Below, piece by piece: positions 16,419-25,905 of a stretch of 41,487 nucleotides of DNA (positions within the stretch are counted from its first letter, which is position 1; each line of letters starts with the position of its first letter). A program made the translations under genes and the position numbers. Under the pieces are notes generated by a model, which saw only the letters and a program-made list of their open reading frames with translations, did no database searches and was not told the DNA's origin. Source of the DNA: a virus (taxonomy: Duplodnaviria; Caudoviricetes); IMG/VR virus record IMGVR_UViG_3300033555_000011, positions 1 to 41,487 of that record; one strand, given 5' to 3'.

Positions 16419-18149
16419 TCAAGCACCAATCAAACCGTGATTTTTCAGTGCTTGTTGCAGCGCGGATACTGTTTGAGCAAGAGTCTGTAACGTGACAGTA
16501 GCGGGATCAAAAGCTAGTTTGCTTGTGGCACCAGTGTTGTCACCCCAGCCTGTATTCCGAGTACTTAAAACTTGTTGCCCACTGACAAAAACAGAGCCGT
16601 TAAACGCTGCAATCCTCACCTTATTTACACCTGCGACATCAAAAGACAGGTTGCCATCGGAGTCTGTGTATATATCTGCACTCACTTCTGCTGACGCTGC
16701 ATTTGTAGAGATAAAACGCAGCTTGTGAGAATTTGCCGAAGTTGCTCCCTCTTGCCCCAAACCTAACCCGACAACCGGCTTATAAGTAAAGTTCGCTATG
16801 CTTCCTGGGTTTAATTGATGCTTGTTTTTTGCGCCGACATAAATTCCGAAAGTAGAAGCCGCAGAAACCCAAACGCCTGATTCTGGGACTATGGCACCAT
16901 TTCTGGCAACGGTCAAACCTGTCTTGCTGACACCAGCGTAAACCGCACCGTGCCAAAATGACTGTGTAGCCTCGGATGTATCACAAGCGTATGCAACTGT
17001 GATATCTTGAGTACCCCCCGCAACAATGGCAGAGTAAGCCACGCCAAAGTTTTTACTTGCATCACCAAGCCATCCCGGCGAACGTGATGCACCAATATCA
17101 CTTTCAATGCCGATCACTTGCTGGGGTAATGTTCCCGTATATGCGGAAAAGGCGATTGCATTAAACGCTTCTATAGATGCCGAAGAGGCGGAATCAAGGG
17201 CGGATGAATTAGCCACCAATGCTACTTGATTGGTGTTATTGAAATTTGTGCCTGACGAGTTTGTTGAATACGATTGCATTGCAAACAAACCTGCAACTGA
17301 GCTGGCCGCGTCTACGCCTGGCTTTGTGTAGCCGTCAAACCTTGCCCCATAAGCTGCATAACCCGGCCCGGCAGATGGTGTCCCGTTGAACAGTTTCAGC
17401 GAGATGATCGGCTTACTCGATTCCAAATCAATCGCGTATGCGGTTGCAGAACCTTTTACCCACTCCATTGCCAGTGCTGATAAGTTTTCCCAAAATCCCG
17501 TAGCAGCGGATTTCCCACCATATACAACCGTGCCCCCTTTGCCTTCTACAACGCCCCGAGCTGCACGAATTGCGAGTGTGTCATCAGTAGTACCGTTAAC
17601 CACAGCCCCTTTATCACGCACGGAGATAATGTCGTTTACTTTGCTCGCTAAAGTTCTAAGCACGGAACCGGTGCCACTGACAATATTCCCAACAAGTGCG
17701 GAGCCACCATTTGCTGATAAATTGGCAGGGCTAATATCGGCTAGCCACGTAGTCCCGTTAAACCTCTTCAACACCAATAAAACAGTGTTGTAATATTCAT
17801 CACCAAACGTCGGCGCGTTGCCAATTGGGTCAACTGTCGGGTCAGCAGCCAAAGGGCCGTAAACCCGGCTTTTTATCTCCGTCAGCAAAGGCAATGAATC
17901 AGACAATCTAATGTCTGCAATGACAAACGTTTTAATGCCTGGGCCGCTGACGGTTAATTTATATTGGCCGTCATTTGCGTAAAACTCGAAATATCCGTTA
18001 ACTCCGCTGATTAACGGGTTAGTTACAGCAGCACCGCCATCAGTTGCGTAAATGACCGCATTCGTGCCACTTAATGTCGTGACAAGAATTTGTGCGCCCA
18101 CTATCACATCGCCCGTGGCGGATGTGACGTTGTTAATGTACTTTTCCAT
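16419..18149 (-). CDS. second tail fibre/spike protein
   Basis: N-terminal attachment domain (NPLIS..NGYFEFYANDGQY), ISVRDKGAVVNGTTDDT, and a C-terminal P22 gp26-like tip. Confidence 0.8.
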   Translation of the reverse strand: MEKYINNVTSATGDVIVGAQILVTTLSGTNAVIYATDGGAAVTNPLISGVNGYFEFYANDGQYKLTVSGPGIKTFVIADIRLSDSLPLLTEIKSRVYGPLAADPTVDPIGNAPTFGDEYYNTVLLVLKRFNGTTWLADISPANLSANGGSALVGNIVSGTGSVLRTLASKVNDIISVRDKGAVVNGTTDDTLAIRAARGVVEGKGGTVVYGGKSAATGFWENLSALAMEWVKGSATAYAIDLESSKPIISLKLFNGTPSAGPGYAAYGARFDGYTKPGVDAASSVAGLFAMQSYSTNSSGTNFNNTNQVALVANSSALDSASSASIEAFNAIAFSAYTGTLPQQVIGIESDIGASRSPGWLGDASKNFGVAYSAIVAGGTQDITVAYACDTSEATQSFWHGAVYAGVSKTGLTVARNGAIVPESGVWVSAASTFGIYVGAKNKHQLNPGSIANFTYKPVVGLGLGQEGATSANSHKLRFISTNAASAEVSADIYTDSDGNLSFDVAGVNKVRIAAFNGSVFVSGQQVLSTRNTGWGDNTGATSKLAFDPATVTLQTLAQTVSALQQALKNHGLIGA

Positions 18150-18497
18150 TTAACGCACACCCTTCATGATGATTCGCGGGTCTCTTACTTTGGGTGCGGC
18201 GAGCATGGCTTGATTGGCTGGGTCAGCGAGCTTGATCTCCATAACCTTGTCAGCTTCTGGCGTGAACAATGCAACCCCAGCTTCGCGACACCATTTGATG
18301 TACTCGACCATAGGAACCTCGGCCACATGGCGGGCCAAACCGTCCATCACTTCAGCGTCAAAACGATAATTTCGGGCCGCGTGCGTATAGTCTAGGATGC
18401 CTTCACAGTCCTGCCGCTCTTCAGTAATGATCGTGCCATCACTTTCAAGATGCAAGATGGTGTCAGTGACCCCGCCGATGTGGATTCGGTCTGCCAT
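18150..18497 (-). CDS. conserved hypothetical head-module protein
   Basis: QD..GIL...RHVAEVP....KW pattern, downstream of the capsid gene. Confidence 0.65.
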   Translation of the reverse strand: MADRIHIGGVTDTILHLESDGTIITEERQDCEGILDYTHAARNYRFDAEVMDGLARHVAEVPMVEYIKWCREAGVALFTPEADKVMEIKLADPANQAMLAAPKVRDPRIIMKGVR

Positions 18498-18499
18498 GA

Positions 18500-18922
18500 T
18501 TAGAGTGGTGCCATCGAGATAGTGACGATCCCAGCCGCTGCGGTCAGCACGCCAGTAAAGTCCAAGCCGATTGCAGTACCAGCCGGGATGATCGCATCAG
18601 CCACCGTTACAGCTGGAATCTGGTTCACGTCTGCGGCACCCTTGAGATCGACCACAGCGGCGTGCAATGCGACGCCAGCAGTCAACGCTACACCAGAGGC
18701 AGCTTTGCGCAGCACGAGGCTGACAGCACCCACATCAGTACCAGCAGCGCTGGGGCGGGCAATGATTGATTTGACGATGTAGGCGCGACTAGCAACGAAT
18801 GCCAGCTTATCTACCGTGGCCGCAGTGTATTCAACTTTCACGTTGATGAACTCACCCTGACCACCACCGATACCCGACAGGCCCATAGAGCCGTCGCCAT
18901 CTTGACGAATATTAACTGGCAT
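18500..18922 (-). CDS. putative capsid decoration protein
   Basis: A/V/G-rich beta protein directly after the MCP, with GAGG RBS. Confidence 0.55.
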   Translation of the reverse strand: MPVNIRQDGDGSMGLSGIGGGQGEFINVKVEYTAATVDKLAFVASRAYIVKSIIARPSAAGTDVGAVSLVLRKAASGVALTAGVALHAAVVDLKGAADVNQIPAVTVADAIIPAGTAIGLDFTGVLTAAAGIVTISMAPL

Positions 18923-18937
18923 TTCTTTACCTCTTGT

Positions 18938-18966
18938 AAAAAAGGGCGACCCATTTGAGCCGCCCT
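18938..18966 (-). terminator. intrinsic terminator after major capsid gene
   Basis: Minus strand AGGGCGGCTC-AAAT-GGGTCGCCCT followed by a U-tract. Confidence 0.8.
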
Positions 18967-18980
18967 GTTAATTATTTGCT

Positions 18981-19931
18981 TTAGATTACTACGGTATTGA
19001 GGTCAGCCAAAACGCCGTGGGCCGCTTCGTTGGACACTTCAAGCGTCCAGTTGGTCCACAACTGCTTCTTCTTTGTCAGGCCGGTCACTGCCAAGTCTTG
19101 CGACTGCATTGGCTCCAGCGTGCGGATGCCGATGTACTCTGGATTGATCAGGAACATGTCACGTTCGCGCATAAAGCGGTTCATGACCAGCTTCAGCGGG
19201 CCGTAATCACTGCGGTAGACGGAGATGGAAGCATTCAGCTGGCCGTCTTTCAGTTCATAGAAACGGGTGCTGTTGCCGCTCAGCTGCGTGGACAGGTTGG
19301 CACGGTTGGCGGGGCCAGCCATTACGGTATTTGGCAGTTCGTCAGCGTTGGTGATCGTGGTGACAATCAGTTGACGGAACAGGGCCTCGGTGAAGTTGCG
19401 CTGTGTGCCGTCAGTTGCAGCCGTGGTGGCCGAACCGTTAGCGCCGCCCACACCACGCGAAACGTTGGTGGTGATCCATGATGGCAGCGAACGCATTTTT
19501 TGCGCCGTACCAGCAGCACCGACCACACGCGCCTGATTCAGAAACGCGGTGGTTTCCATGTCGCGCTTCAGCTCTTTGGACTTCTTCGCCATCTGTTTCG
19601 CCATCTCTTTCGAAACGCCGTACTTCTTGATGGCTTCTTGCGTGGTTGTCACGGAAGCGGTCTTGTCCATCAGCTGGGTGTAGTTGCCCACCAGAGTTGG
19701 GGTGCTGGACACGTCGATCGCAGCGTCGTCGCCCTCAATGTTGGCGTTGTTGGTGTCAACGGCAGACAGGGACTCGATAGGCCACTGGGTGAAGGTTGCC
19801 TCAGCCGTGGTCTTCTTTGCCATCGTCAGCAAAGGGGTATCGATAGGGCTGATGTTCATGACAATATCTGTCACGTTTTCAGCGTTGTTTGTGGACTGGA
19901 AGGTCTGGAGACTGTTTGCAGGAACTGCCAT
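18981..19931 (-). CDS. major capsid protein (DUF5309/SU10-like)
   Basis: NISPIDTP, NANIEGDDA, GNYTQ, KELKRDME and Y.SDYG motifs; downstream of scaffold with its own terminator. Confidence 0.9.
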   Translation of the reverse strand: MAVPANSLQTFQSTNNAENVTDIVMNISPIDTPLLTMAKKTTAEATFTQWPIESLSAVDTNNANIEGDDAAIDVSSTPTLVGNYTQLMDKTASVTTTQEAIKKYGVSKEMAKQMAKKSKELKRDMETTAFLNQARVVGAAGTAQKMRSLPSWITTNVSRGVGGANGSATTAATDGTQRNFTEALFRQLIVTTITNADELPNTVMAGPANRANLSTQLSGNSTRFYELKDGQLNASISVYRSDYGPLKLVMNRFMRERDMFLINPEYIGIRTLEPMQSQDLAVTGLTKKKQLWTNWTLEVSNEAAHGVLADLNTVVI

Positions 19932-19937
19932 GATGAA

Positions 19938-20867
19938 TTACCTCATTCGTTGAAGAAAAGCCGCCTCTGCGGACTCGGTTGAATTGTCGTTACGTAGCCT
20001 GGTCATCACTTCCGCCTTTGGGTCTGCCTTGCGCGGTGCGCCTGGCTTCACCACTGGTGGTGCGTCCTTCGCCTTGGTTTTGAGTTGTGACTTTTCAGAC
20101 TGGAGCGCGTCGTAACGTCGTGCTTTGTCCAGTGCAATCACTAGTCGCGCATCGGTCATTGAGTCAAGGTCTTGCGGTGCATAACCGCTTGACATGGCGT
20201 ACTGACTGATCTTCGCGCCTAGCTCGTCACCCCATCCTTTCAACTCTTTTGCAAGCGTCTTGACCATATCTGATCGTTTCTCTTGCAATGCCTGTTGGCG
20301 GACCTGGGTTATCTCATTGCCAAGGTTCTGTGCCCGGCGAACGTATCCGTCTTTAGCCATGCGCAGAGTCTGCGCATCAGCGGCAAGAGCGGCGTATTCA
20401 CCTGGGTTTTCTGACCGTAGCTGCTGCCAATTGACAGCTTCAAACTGCTTGAGCTGGGCATCAACACCTTGAACGTCAGCGAGGGCTTCGGCGTACTTTT
20501 CAGCACTATCGACATATCCATCAGCTTTTTCGACGCGTTCAGCGTAGGCTTTCTTCTGCGCGCTAACTTCGTTCATGTTGCGCGAATAGTCAGCCTGCCT
20601 AAGCAGCGCTTTCTGAAGCTCGGGGGCGACCTTGTAAGTCTTGCCCTCAAATTCTGCCTCTACGAGTTGGTCCTGGGCTTCGTCGTCGGCTTCGGGTTCG
20701 TCATCGCTGACTTCCTCTACCGCGTCGTCATCAGGCTCGTTGTCCGGCTCCGCTTCTTCCGTGGGATTTGGTGCGAGTTTTTCAAACGCATTAATGGCTT
20801 GTTCATCGCTTCCCATTTCCTCAGTGACCTCGGAGGTCTGAGTTTCAGGGTTCGGCTCTTGAATCAT
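19938..20867 (-). CDS. capsid scaffolding protein
   Basis: Acidic N-terminus, LRQADYSR, W..L...NP.EY, long helices; directly upstream of the MCP. Confidence 0.85.
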   Translation of the reverse strand: MIQEPNPETQTSEVTEEMGSDEQAINAFEKLAPNPTEEAEPDNEPDDDAVEEVSDDEPEADDEAQDQLVEAEFEGKTYKVAPELQKALLRQADYSRNMNEVSAQKKAYAERVEKADGYVDSAEKYAEALADVQGVDAQLKQFEAVNWQQLRSENPGEYAALAADAQTLRMAKDGYVRRAQNLGNEITQVRQQALQEKRSDMVKTLAKELKGWGDELGAKISQYAMSSGYAPQDLDSMTDARLVIALDKARRYDALQSEKSQLKTKAKDAPPVVKPGAPRKADPKAEVMTRLRNDNSTESAEAAFLQRMR

Positions 20868-20914
20868 GCTGGTCTTTCTAGTATAAAACCGTTTTTACAC
20901 GGCGGGTGATAAAT

Positions 20915-21193
20915 CTATCGGCGGAGTGAGGCAAGTCGCTTTGCTCGACCCTCAATCTCAATTTTGGCGAGTTTGCCAGTATCAATGTGAATATCAATGC
21001 AGCGCTTCACACGCTCCAAACATTTGAGCATTCGGTGTAGGTCTCTGGCGTTCTCGTCATCACTGGTGGGAAGCTCTGCCCATGTTTCCAATATTGCAGC
21101 GCGTGTCTGTTCAAACGCCATTTCAAATAGCGGATTGGTTTTGAGCTGTTCAGCCTGAGCCGCCCGCATCGTTGCCATTTCAAGTTTGTCCAT
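20915..21193 (-). CDS. conserved hypothetical head-module protein
   Basis: A.QL..NPLF..AF...W...D..ARD.....L pattern; lies between portal and scaffold. Confidence 0.7.
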   Translation of the reverse strand: MDKLEMATMRAAQAEQLKTNPLFEMAFEQTRAAILETWAELPTSDDENARDLHRMLKCLERVKRCIDIHIDTGKLAKIEIEGRAKRLASLRR

Positions 21194-21201
21194 GTGATTT
21201 C

Positions 21202-21633
21202 CTAGAGTAGTAGCATTATCGCGGCTTCGTCATCTTCATACTGAAGAGATAGCCCTGCGAAGCCTTCAATCATCGCCTGTAGCTTCAACAGGTCAATCCG
21301 CTGCTGATTGCCCTCGCTGCGAATTAACTCTGTCAGCGCCTTGCTGCGCGCCTGGGCCAACACATCAGTATAAAAACCATTCCAAGGCAAGCCAGCGCGT
21401 TCAATCTCACGCTTAAGCTGTCGATTCTGTTTTGCCGGGTTGGTTGCGTTAACCGGGTTGCTAGCTTGAGATACTGCTATTTTAGCAATCGCCTGCGCTT
21501 GGTTCTTCTGCGCAATTAATGCGTCAATGGCTAGCCCGTGATACTCTTTTTCACCACTACCAATACCCGCGCCTATATTGACTGGTGCGACAACAGCCCC
21601 TTCAGCCTCAAGGTTTAGTATTAGTAGCAGCAT
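21202..21633 (-). CDS. hypothetical protein
   Basis: 143-aa ORF beginning MLLLIL and ending EDDEAAIMLLL. Confidence 0.6.
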   Translation of the reverse strand: MLLLILNLEAEGAVVAPVNIGAGIGSGEKEYHGLAIDALIAQKNQAQAIAKIAVSQASNPVNATNPAKQNRQLKREIERAGLPWNGFYTDVLAQARSKALTELIRSEGNQQRIDLLKLQAMIEGFAGLSLQYEDDEAAIMLLL

Positions 21634-21636
21634 GGC

Positions 21637-22860
21637 TTATGGGCCTGTATAGAAGTACGCGGTAATGCGGCACTGCACGCCAGCGCCAGCAGCTGGGGCC
21701 ACGATGGTTGTTGCTGTTGCTGCTGCCGTTGCCTTAATGGCATTCTCAAGCTGGTCGTCTACCACCTCTTTTGATGTACCTGCGGCTAATGCGTTGCCAT
21801 CGGTCCAAGCCAGCCCGCCTGGGATGTTCGTGGACGTGAAGCCAAGCGTCGCCGCAGAACCCGCAACCGCCGTTGCTGATGTGTTGTGCAGTGTGATGCG
21901 AATGCGCGTGATGTAGTGAAACAGACCAGCTGCGGGCGCTGGAAGATTCAGCGTCACTGTTGTGTTAGCTACAGAAAGAATGGTCGCGGGCGTGACCGAA
22001 GTCATTTGCATCTTTGCGCCATTGGTGGCGTCACCCCTTGCGCGGTCCCAACTCACCCCGTTATAGACCATGTTGTGCGCCAACATCTCTTCAAAATCGT
22101 TGTCATTGGTCCGGGCATCTTGCGGCCTGGTTGAAGAACCTTTGCCGTATGATTTGTGCAGCTTGACTTGTAGGCGGAATACGGTCTGTGCCGTTGCACC
22201 ATTGGTGTAGACAATGCGCATAAATCGTGCGCTTACGGCAACACTAAACACCTTACCCGTCCCGGCTGGGATGGTGAATGCGTCAGTCATGTCCCAGTTT
22301 GTGCCGTTGCTGGACTGTTGAATTTGCAACCCATCACCCGCGCTGGCTTGGTCGGCGAACACGGCGACGCGCACGTCTGCAAACTCTGTGACGTCTTCAC
22401 CTGTGCCTGTATAGGCCGCGTTGGCGGCTAGTGCTGCGGCCGATACGTTGGCCGTGGATATAACTCCGTTAGCGATCTGGGTAACAGAGCCGCTGACTGG
22501 TAGTGCGGTTGCCCTGATCTGCGTGTCCGTGAGTCCTTGAGCCACCATGTTAGACACGGCAACCGTTCCACTGATAGGTAAAGCGGTTGCGCGGATCTGT
22601 GCATCAGTCAGGCCCTGAGCGACCATGTTGGTGACTGCTACGACCCCACTCACAGAGACTGCCGTGGCTCGTAGTTGCGCGTCTGTTAGCCCTGCGTCAC
22701 CGATTAGGGCAACGGGTATCGGGTTGGTTGCGCTGGTGTCATTGGCTACACCGTCCACACCCCAAACGACTTTAGTCCGTTGATATTTGACGCCTGCGAT
22801 ATCGTCAGTAGCGATGATGTCACCGCCTACGCCTGGGTTCAACGATGTGTTATCAGCCAC
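21637..22860 (-). CDS. putative virion surface protein with three 26-aa repeats
   Basis: A/T/G-rich beta-type sequence, overlaps portal stop; GLTD(A/T)Q(L/I)RATA repeats. Confidence 0.6.
   Translation of the reverse strand: MADNTSLNPGVGGDIIATDDIAGVKYQRTKVVWGVDGVANDTSATNPIPVALIGDAGLTDAQLRATAVSVSGVVAVTNMVAQGLTDAQIRATALPISGTVAVSNMVAQGLTDTQIRATALPVSGSVTQIANGVISTANVSAAALAANAAYTGTGEDVTEFADVRVAVFADQASAGDGLQIQQSSNGTNWDMTDAFTIPAGTGKVFSVAVSARFMRIVYTNGATAQTVFRLQVKLHKSYGKGSSTRPQDARTNDNDFEEMLAHNMVYNGVSWDRARGDATNGAKMQMTSVTPATILSVANTTVTLNLPAPAAGLFHYITRIRITLHNTSATAVAGSAATLGFTSTNIPGGLAWTDGNALAAGTSKEVVDDQLENAIKATAAATATTIVAPAAGAGVQCRITAYFYTGP
22490..22692 (-). repeat. 78-nt-period coding repeat, about 2.6 copies
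   Basis: GLTD codons start at 22692, 22614 and 22536; synonymous divergence between copies. Confidence 0.85.
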
Positions 22861-25072
22861 GGATGACCTCCGACCCCACTGCGCGGCCCTGATCGTCGCG
22901 TATCAATGTTCTAGGCGCTGTCAAGGCCTCAATAATCTGTTGCATCATTTGGTTGTTCATGTCCATCATTGATTGTGGGTCTTGCCCGCTCTGGCCTTCT
23001 GTTTCCACCTGACGTTGTGCTGCCATCTCCTGACTAGCCAACTCCATCATCTTGATTTTCTGCGCTGACTCAGCGTTGATCTGGGCCACTTGAATAGCAG
23101 TTTCTTGCGCAATGAATGCGCTGTTATCCGGTGCTTGCGGCTCAGGCTGACTCATCTCGACGGACATGCGCTTCGTTTCAGCGTCGAACTGCTTAACCTG
23201 CAATTCCTGCTGTTTGGCTTGCTGGTCAGCCTCAAGGCGCTCCACCTCAGCGGTTGCAGCCTCTAGTGCGTCGGTCAGCTGCTTGATCTGTGCCTCAACC
23301 TCTGGGTCTGGTCCCTCTTGCTCGTCAGGCGCAGTGAAGAACTTGTCCGGGTTCTTTTCACCAACAGCCTCGACCAGCTTACGGGCAGCGTTGTAGAAGT
23401 TCTGCGGCTTGACGATGCCGGTTTGCATCAGGTCTTTCTGCTCTTGCAGGACCATCTGCGCGCCTTGCATCTTCATGGTCATGTCAGCGTTGCCCAGTCC
23501 AACGGAAACTGTCATGTCGTAACGTGTTTTCCAGTCACGGGGATTGACTGTTACCCACTTACCGCGAAGCTTCACCACCTCAGCCTTGGTAGCGTGACGA
23601 CGGCACAGTCCGTGCATTCCCAGCATGAGCGGCTTCAAACCCAACTCGGCGAAGCTGCGAGAGATCAGGTTGATGCGCTCGTTACCGGCTTCAGCAATGA
23701 TGCGGATACCTGTGGCGGTCTTGTTCAGTGAGTTGCTGTCTGTGCCTTGGTTGTAGCGCGTGAAGCCAGTGCGGTTCTCTTTGGCGCTGTCCAGGTACTC
23801 AAGCATGGGTTGAATCACACCGCCGATGGGTTGAATCGGGACTGTCATCACATGATTGCCAACCACATCGCCATTGACGCGCACAACGCCTGCGATCTGG
23901 TTGTCCAGCAAGTCGTCCAAGTTCACCTTGTCAGAGGCGAACACACGGTTGTTGTTGATCGTGTAGATGTTGTCCAGGCTCTGACGCCACAGCGTGGATT
24001 TGGTCAGCTGGATCTCGATGGTCTCGTCAGCTGGGCAACGTCCATAGAACTTGAAGCTCTGTTGGTACGGCGTCCATGCGCAGAAGGGAATCTCTTCGGT
24101 TTCCTCGTTAGCCAGCACCTTGCGGCCCACCATGCACACCTTGCGCAGTTCGGTGATGCCGTCGCCGTCATAGTCCACCTGAAGGTAAATCTCGCGGAAC
24201 ATGACTTCGCGGCCGGCCGGATCCACTGACTGAAGGTCGCTGCCGCCTTCGTTGTTCTGGCGGCGTGCCTGGAACTGCTGTGAGTATTGGGTGTCCGCCA
24301 CACCATCGTCAGAAATGTCGTCCTCAATCTCGTAGCCCATCTCGCGCACTTCGGAGATGGTCTTGCGTGTGCGATGCTCGACGAACCGGGCTAACTTAGG
24401 GTTTGGGCTGGTGGCGTTGCGATCAATCAGGAACTCTTCGGGCGGGATAACGCAATACTTGGCCTCGCCGTGCTCTTTGGCGACACGAAGCACTACATCG
24501 TGAAGCAGCTCAGGCTCCATCATCTGGCCGTCTTCCATCATCATCGGCTCTGTTTGCGTTTCGGTGTGCTCGACCACCGTCACATCTTTGTCTTGCAGCA
24601 AGATAGCGTAAAGGTCATCACTCAAACCTTCGTAGCGTTCGATCTCGGTGCGACGGGACTTTTCCCACCAGTATTTGACAACGCCGTTCTTTTGTAATAG
24701 GCCAGTCTTGACCCATGCAACCAGGTTGCTAAACACATCATTTTTCTGCGTCACTACATAGTTCAAGTAGTCGCTCTCTTGCTCTGCGGCCTCTTCGTCC
24801 TCGGCGCCATGCGGGTTGAAGCGCACGATGTCGTCAGTGGACACGAAGGGCTTCAGCACGATAGGCGTCAGGCCCTCGACCACATCCCAAACGTCAGAGG
24901 AAACCACTTGCGAGCGGCCTTCTTCTTCAGTGCCAAAAGGGCGACGAAGGTAGTAATCCATCGCCTCAGCTTGTTCCTGTGCAACCTCGCTACTGTCGGA
25001 GCCGGTAGCCTGGCGCTCGTAAGCCTCAATCTGGGCGACCAGAGTGGCTTCGTCCATCTTTTTCGCTCTCAT
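22853..25072 (-). CDS. portal protein
   Basis: 739 aa after TerL; EEGRSQVVSSDV.D.VE, GLLQKNGVVK.WW, RTGFTRYNQG...LN.TATG and an acidic helical tail. Confidence 0.9.
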   Translation of the reverse strand: MRAKKMDEATLVAQIEAYERQATGSDSSEVAQEQAEAMDYYLRRPFGTEEEGRSQVVSSDVWDVVEGLTPIVLKPFVSTDDIVRFNPHGAEDEEAAEQESDYLNYVVTQKNDVFSNLVAWVKTGLLQKNGVVKYWWEKSRRTEIERYEGLSDDLYAILLQDKDVTVVEHTETQTEPMMMEDGQMMEPELLHDVVLRVAKEHGEAKYCVIPPEEFLIDRNATSPNPKLARFVEHRTRKTISEVREMGYEIEDDISDDGVADTQYSQQFQARRQNNEGGSDLQSVDPAGREVMFREIYLQVDYDGDGITELRKVCMVGRKVLANEETEEIPFCAWTPYQQSFKFYGRCPADETIEIQLTKSTLWRQSLDNIYTINNNRVFASDKVNLDDLLDNQIAGVVRVNGDVVGNHVMTVPIQPIGGVIQPMLEYLDSAKENRTGFTRYNQGTDSNSLNKTATGIRIIAEAGNERINLISRSFAELGLKPLMLGMHGLCRRHATKAEVVKLRGKWVTVNPRDWKTRYDMTVSVGLGNADMTMKMQGAQMVLQEQKDLMQTGIVKPQNFYNAARKLVEAVGEKNPDKFFTAPDEQEGPDPEVEAQIKQLTDALEAATAEVERLEADQQAKQQELQVKQFDAETKRMSVEMSQPEPQAPDNSAFIAQETAIQVAQINAESAQKIKMMELASQEMAAQRQVETEGQSGQDPQSMMDMNNQMMQQIIEALTAPRTLIRDDQGRAVGSEVIRG

Positions 25073-25338
25073 GATTTAGCCTTGTGTCGTGAGCGCTGAA
25101 ACGCCTTTTCGCTTGATCTAAAAAGCAACTCGATGCGCAGCGGGTCGCGGCTGACAGTCAGAATTGCACCGAATGGCATCCGATAAGCCTTACGCACAGG
25201 CTCAGGCACCTTGCGGGACTCAAGCGCTTTGCAGGCTGCTGCAAATTCATCCATCTTCGGCCAATGTCGATCGCAACTTGCGCCCAAGATACTCACTAAA
25301 GTGGCAGGTAGCCCGCACATATCGCAGCCTTTGCTCAT
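25069..25338 (-). CDS. hypothetical protein
   Basis: CxxC...CxxH; ATGA-coupled on both sides. Confidence 0.5.
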   Translation of the reverse strand: MSKGCDMCGLPATLVSILGASCDRHWPKMDEFAAACKALESRKVPEPVRKAYRMPFGAILTVSRDPLRIELLFRSSEKAFQRSRHKAKS

Positions 25339-25646
25339 TCTGCGTCAGAGCCTTCTTTGCGTGCAGGACGGCCACGCTTGGGCAACCGCAATACATGCTC
25401 TGCTTCGCCGCGTTTGGCTGGCCTGTTGTAAGCGTCCTCGATACCACGCTTCACATCGCCAATTTCCGACTCTTCTTTTTTCGTCAGTGCATCAGTGAAG
25501 TCTTTGCCCTCTGCTTGCAATGCACGAAGTTTGTTGATCTCGTCAACGATGCCGGTCAACGGGCGCTTTGTCTCGTCGTCGTCTTCCATCGAGCGGAATG
25601 GTTCTGCCTTAGCCAGCAGATCGTCGATTTTGTCTTGGATATTCAT
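25335..25646 (-). CDS. hypothetical protein
   Basis: ATG 25646 with AAAGG RBS; C-terminal KRGRPARK. Confidence 0.55.
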   Translation of the reverse strand: MNIQDKIDDLLAKAEPFRSMEDDDETKRPLTGIVDEINKLRALQAEGKDFTDALTKKEESEIGDVKRGIEDAYNRPAKRGEAEHVLRLPKRGRPARKEGSDAE

Positions 25647-25668
25647 GTTAGAGCCTTTAGTGATTCTT

Positions 25669-25905
25669 TTAAACTGTTTGATTCTTTTCACCCATGCGTA
25701 AGGCTGCGGCTTTGAGTCGGGCTGAGTGGGCCTTGTCAACAAACTCACGACCTATCTCTGTTGCTATCAATGAACACGCCATTAGGCGCGAATACAAATC
25801 TTTTGTACGGTCGTTGCAAGGTAAATCTTGAGTGTCGGCAATGGCCCGCTCAATGGCTGTTCTCATATCCACTGCCGTAACAGCGTTTGCAATTAATTCA
25901 TTCAT
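25669..25905 (-). CDS. hypothetical protein
   Basis: ATGA-coupled to the TerL stop. Confidence 0.5.
   Translation of the reverse strand: MNELIANAVTAVDMRTAIERAIADTQDLPCNDRTKDLYSRLMACSLIATEIGREFVDKAHSARLKAAALRMGEKNQTV

Noticed and set aside
5415-18149. Diversity-generating retroelement or invertase-based tail switching
   Set aside because: No reverse transcriptase or invertase, and no template/variable repeat pair noticed between the fibre genes.
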